Shown: in pieces, positions 46,837 through 50,101 of the stretch
Numbering within the stretch: the stretch's first letter is position 1
Layout: each line of letters begins with the position of its first letter
Notes under the pieces: generated by a model
The model's input: only the letters and a program-made list of their open reading frames with translations
The model's database searches: none
Told to the model about the DNA's origin: nothing
Assembly: GCA_964448475.1 (NCBI GenBank)
Contig: CAYVBA010000004.1
Coordinates: 1 to 50,101, forward strand
Reading direction: 5' to 3'
Source of the DNA: an uncultured Coriobacteriales bacterium
GTDB taxonomy: Bacteria > Actinomycetota > Coriobacteriia > Coriobacteriales > CAYVBA01
Length of the DNA: 50,101 nt
Program-made: the position numbers and the translations under genes

Positions 46837-47412
46837 ATGAAGGTAATCCTCCTCGAGGAGCTGAAGGGGAAGGGAGGCGAGGGAGACGTCATCGACGTCG
46901 CTCAGGGGTTCGCTGAGAACCACCTGTTCCCGAAGGGGATCGCGATCCCCGCTACGCCCGGTAACCTGAAGCAACTCGAACAGCGTATGCACAACATCGA
47001 GAAGCGTGAGCTCGCTCGCACCACCGACGCCGAGACCCTCCGTGAAGCCCTCGACGGCAAGCGGATCGTCATCAAGGCTAAGTCCGGTGATGAGGGTCAG
47101 CTCTTCGGTTCCGTCACCAACGCGACCGTGGCTGAGGAGATCGCTTCGCAGCTCGGTCCTGAGATCGACCGCAAGCGCATCGACATCAAGCCCGCCATCA
47201 AGACTCTCGGTGAGCACCCTGTGAACATATCGCTCTACCGTGAGGTCACAGCTGAGCTCATCGTAGTGGTTGAGGATATCGACGCCGAGGCACCCGCCGC
47301 AGTCGAGGCTGGAGAGGTCGAGGACGCCGAAACCGCAGGGTCTGAGGAAGAGATGGAAGAGTCTGTGGACAACCCCGAGGTTTCCACGGAAGAGGATGCT
47401 GACGAGGAGTAA
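46837..47412 (+). CDS. rplI: 50S ribosomal protein L9 with roughly 40-aa acidic C-terminal extension
   Basis: MKVILLEELKGKGGEGDVIDVAQGFAENHLFPKGIA. Tail EDIDAEAP...EEDADEE. Confidence 0.93.
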   Translation: MKVILLEELKGKGGEGDVIDVAQGFAENHLFPKGIAIPATPGNLKQLEQRMHNIEKRELARTTDAETLREALDGKRIVIKAKSGDEGQLFGSVTNATVAEEIASQLGPEIDRKRIDIKPAIKTLGEHPVNISLYREVTAELIVVVEDIDAEAPAAVEAGEVEDAETAGSEEEMEESVDNPEVSTEEDADEE

Positions 47413-47440
47413 TCCTGCAAACCGGCATCACGTACCACCC

Positions 47441-47479
47441 CGAAGGGGTCGATCGCGGGAGACGCGCTCGACCCCTTCG
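47441..47479 (+). terminator. 12-bp perfect hairpin after rplI (no U-tract)
   Basis: CGAAGGGGTCGA (47441-47452) pairs with TCGACCCCTTCG (47468-47479). Confidence 0.5.
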
Positions 47480-47632
47480 TGCTCTCATGAGGAGAGTCGA
47501 CGAACAGCCGTTCGTACGTGCATAAACGGGGCGAGAAGACCTGCGATTGTCCTACCTGGAACGGTTAACGTCGCGTTTTCACCACGTTAACGAATGGTGC
47601 GTTGAATATGGTTCATGTTCCGTTCTACTTTC

Positions 47633-47683
47633 TGTGGAAAAGTAGTCGAGAACCTCTTCGAGATTGTGGAAAAGGTGGATAAC
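47633..47683. promoter_or_regulatory. DnaA-box-like cluster upstream of dnaB
   Basis: TGTGGAAAA 47633-47641, TGTGGAAAA 47665-47673, GGTGGATAAC 47674-47683, all in the same orientation. Confidence 0.55.
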
Positions 47684-47819
47684 TCCGCTTCCAGCAGGTC
47701 GCAGCATAGGAAGAAGAACACACGGGATTGTGTATCGTTGCTAGTGCGATGAGCGCCCCGACTCAGGCCGCAGGATCTGTACTACCATCGGGGAACCGAA
47801 CTCGAGAAGGAGTGGCACC

Positions 47820-49202
47820 ATGCCCGAGCAGAGCGTGAATCCTGCTTTCATGGGCGGCCGCGCGGAGCGCCGTACGCCCCAGAACATAGATGCTGAGCGA
47901 GCCGTACTGGCCGCTATGATCATGTCTCCTGAGATATTGGAGGACGCTCTCACGCGCGTGAAGGAGGAGTACTTCTACCACCCTCGGCACCGTAAGGTCT
48001 TCGCCGCGATCCGTGATCTCTACGACCGCAACACGCCGGTGGATCAGCTCTCCTTGGCCGACCGCCTGCTCGCACGTGGCGAGCTGGATGAGGTAGGTGG
48101 GAAGCCGTACATCATCGAGTTGGCATCGGACTCGTTCGCGCTGGTCAACTGGGCTACGCATGCGGATATCGTCAAGCGCACGGCGCTGCTTCGGGACCTG
48201 ATCACGGCCGGCGCTTCCATCATGGAGCTCGCCTATGATGCACCGGATGATCTGGACGAGGTCGTGGAGCGCTCAGAGCGCCTTCTGCTTAACGTCACTG
48301 GTAAACGCGTGGAAAGCAACTTCCGGTCCCTCGAGGATCTCATGACCGAGGCATACGCTGAGATCGAGGAGCTCTCCAACCGGGGCGAGCATATCGTGGG
48401 TGTTCCCACTGGCTTCACCCACCTGGATAAGAAACTCACCGGCCTCAGGCCAGGTAACTTCGTCATCATCGCAGCTCGGCCGGCTATCGGTAAGACCGCA
48501 TTCGCACTGAACCTTGCTATCAACGCAGCTAAAGCGGGTGTTTCCATCGCGTTCTTCTCGCTGGAGATGTCCTCCGTGGAGCTCGCACAACGCCTCATCG
48601 CATCGGAGGCTCACGTGGGCCTGCAGAACCTACGATCCGGTACCATCAACCCGCAGACGGAGTGGGAGAACATCATCCGCGCGTCGGGACGTCTCTCGGA
48701 GCTGGACTTCTGGGTGGATGACACACCGGGATCCACGATCCTGGAGATCCGTGCCAAGGCGCGCCGTCAGCTGCGCAACAAGAAGAAAGGCCTGGTAGTC
48801 ATAGACTACCTGCAGCTCATCTCATCGCACAGCACCCGGTTCGAGAACCGTAACGTTGAAGTGGGTGAGATGTCGCGGAGCCTCAAGATCCTGGCCAAGG
48901 ATCTGGGCATGCCGGTCATCGCTCTGTCACAGCTGTCCCGTGCAGTGGAGTCCAGGCCGGACAAGCGACCGCGTCTTGCAGACCTGAGGGAGTCCGGATC
49001 CATCGAGCAGGATGCGGACATCGTCATGTTCCTGGACCGGTCCACGACTCCGGAAGAAGCCGAGCGGAGCGACAGGCCGGATGAGAACATCGCCAACGTG
49101 ATCGTGGCCAAGAACCGTTCGGGTGAGACGGGGGATGTCTCGCTCGTCTTCCTGCCGCAATACACGATGTTCCAGAACCTCTCACTGAGGCACGACGGGT
49201 AA
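47820..49202 (+). CDS. dnaB: Replicative DNA helicase DnaB
   Basis: PQNIDAERAVLAAMI, Walker A ARPAIGKTAFALNLA, VIDYLQL, SQLSRAVE, RESGSIEQDAD. Confidence 0.96.
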   Translation: MPEQSVNPAFMGGRAERRTPQNIDAERAVLAAMIMSPEILEDALTRVKEEYFYHPRHRKVFAAIRDLYDRNTPVDQLSLADRLLARGELDEVGGKPYIIELASDSFALVNWATHADIVKRTALLRDLITAGASIMELAYDAPDDLDEVVERSERLLLNVTGKRVESNFRSLEDLMTEAYAEIEELSNRGEHIVGVPTGFTHLDKKLTGLRPGNFVIIAARPAIGKTAFALNLAINAAKAGVSIAFFSLEMSSVELAQRLIASEAHVGLQNLRSGTINPQTEWENIIRASGRLSELDFWVDDTPGSTILEIRAKARRQLRNKKKGLVVIDYLQLISSHSTRFENRNVEVGEMSRSLKILAKDLGMPVIALSQLSRAVESRPDKRPRLADLRESGSIEQDADIVMFLDRSTTPEEAERSDRPDENIANVIVAKNRSGETGDVSLVFLPQYTMFQNLSLRHDG

Positions 49203-49233
49203 TCCACCAGAACCGATCGGAATCCTGATCGTT

Positions 49234-49254
49234 CGTGGATAACTCTGTGGATAA
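49234..49254. promoter_or_regulatory. Tandem DnaA boxes immediately downstream of dnaB
   Basis: CGTGGATAA 49234-49242 and consensus TGTGGATAA 49246-49254, 12-nt register (GTGGATAACTCT GTGGATAACCCT). Confidence 0.6.
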
Positions 49255-49378
49255 CCCTGTTCACGGAGGGCTTACGCATGGGAGCGCACCGCGCCGAAGA
49301 TGTAACGGGACTGTTGCCGGTGCGTTCTGGTCCGCGGCATCGGGTAGCATCCAGAGAACGAGAAGGGAATCGGACCAC

Positions 49379-50101
49379 ATGGAACCTTACATCAGATTCG
49401 TACATGCGTCGGACATCCATCTAGGTGCGCCGTTCCAGACGCTCCTCGGGTTGGATGAGCGGATGGAGCGCATGGCTGCTTCCGCGATCCCCGATGCGTA
49501 CGAGGCACTCATAGACCTCACCATCCGCGAGGAAGCTGACTTCCTCATACTGGCGGGCGATGTTTTCGACTCCCGTTCCCGTACCTACTCCGCCTTCGCT
49601 CTGTTCGTCGCGGGGATGGAGCGGCTGGCTGACCATGGCATCCCCGTCTACGTGACCACCGGTAACCACGACCCTTCCAATTCCTGGCTCCACGATGTGG
49701 GGCAGCTGCCGGATAACGTCCGGATCTTCGATTCCGCAGAGCCGCAGCGCTACGAGTTCCGCACCGACGGCGTACTGAAGGCAGTCCTCCACGGCCAGGG
49801 CTATGCGCATCAGCACGAAGCGCGCGATCTCGCATCCGCTTACCGGCCGCTGCCGGATGAGCCGCTCTCCATAGGCGTTCTGCATACGGGTCTCGTACCG
49901 GATTCGTACGCTCCCACGTCGGTCGAGCGTCTGCGCAGTACAGGCATGGACTACTGGGCACTCGGCCATGTGCATGAGCCGGCCATTCTGAACGAGTACC
50001 CCCACATCGTCTACTCCGGCTCCCCTCAAGGCCTGAACATCAACCAGGACTCGCCGCATGGCGCCTACGTGGTGACGTACGCCGCCCCGAACGCCGCGCC
50101 T
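49379..50101 (+). CDS. Calcineurin-like metallophosphoesterase, SbcD/YhaO-type DNA repair exonuclease (3' end outside the window)
   Basis: Hand translation open to the window end: MEPYIRFVHASDIHLG..., GDVFD, TTGNHD, ALGHVHE motifs. Not in the ORF track because no stop is reached. Confidence 0.8.
   Translation, partial: MEPYIRFVHASDIHLGAPFQTLLGLDERMERMAASAIPDAYEALIDLTIREEADFLILAGDVFDSRSRTYSAFALFVAGMERLADHGIPVYVTTGNHDPSNSWLHDVGQLPDNVRIFDSAEPQRYEFRTDGVLKAVLHGQGYAHQHEARDLASAYRPLPDEPLSIGVLHTGLVPDSYAPTSVERLRSTGMDYWALGHVHEPAILNEYPHIVYSGSPQGLNINQDSPHGAYVVTYAAPNAAP

Noticed and set aside
46366-47217. 283-aa minus-strand ORF
   Set aside because: Antisense across the membrane-protein gene and rplI. 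rplI identity is unambiguous.
49421-50059. 212-aa minus-strand ORF at the window end
   Set aside because: Antisense to the plus-strand metallophosphoesterase frame, which shows DxH / GD / GNHD / GHxH motifs.

Overview
This window is the replication-origin neighbourhood of a mid-GC Gram-positive chromosome. It is probably an anaerobic actinobacterium (Coriobacteriia-like); that is an inference from gene order and redox gene content, not a database result.

The centre holds the classical origin block. On the minus strand: parB-parA-rsmG-jag-yidC-yidD-rnpA-rpmH. On the plus strand: dnaA-dnaN-recF-DUF721(DciA-like)-gyrB-gyrA. Two perfect parS 16-mers flank rsmG. DnaA-box clusters lie upstream of dnaA and in the dnaA-dnaN spacer. 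Unusually, a 287-aa GHKL/HATPase-like plus winged-HTH gene sits between rpmH and dnaA, 9 nt upstream of dnaA.

Left of the origin:
- a 5'-truncated, very GC-rich P1B-type metal ATPase abutting a signal-peptide-less Cna-B/Flg_new surface-protein fragment
- a minus-strand Rrf2-nifS-nifU-GNAT-dinG string
- a redox cluster (flavin reductase, flavodoxin-like, TrxR-like lacking NADPH motifs)
- ddl, reverse rubrerythrin and rlmN

Right of the origin:
- HAD hydrolase, DUF151 nuclease, tRNA-Ile/Ala
- an orphan membrane tetraheme cytochrome c plus rubredoxin
- a J-domain membrane protein, typA, a PrsA-like lipoprotein, a TRIC/UPF0126 channel, two tRNA-Ser
- glutaredoxin-like, small stress proteins, a UbiB-family kinase, several unknown membrane proteins
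- the rpsF-ssb-rpsR-(membrane protein)-rplI-dnaB cluster, and the start of an SbcD/YhaO-like phosphoesterase

I saw no CRISPR array, IS element or rRNA. Many long ORFs in the six-frame track are antisense artefacts of GC-rich genes.
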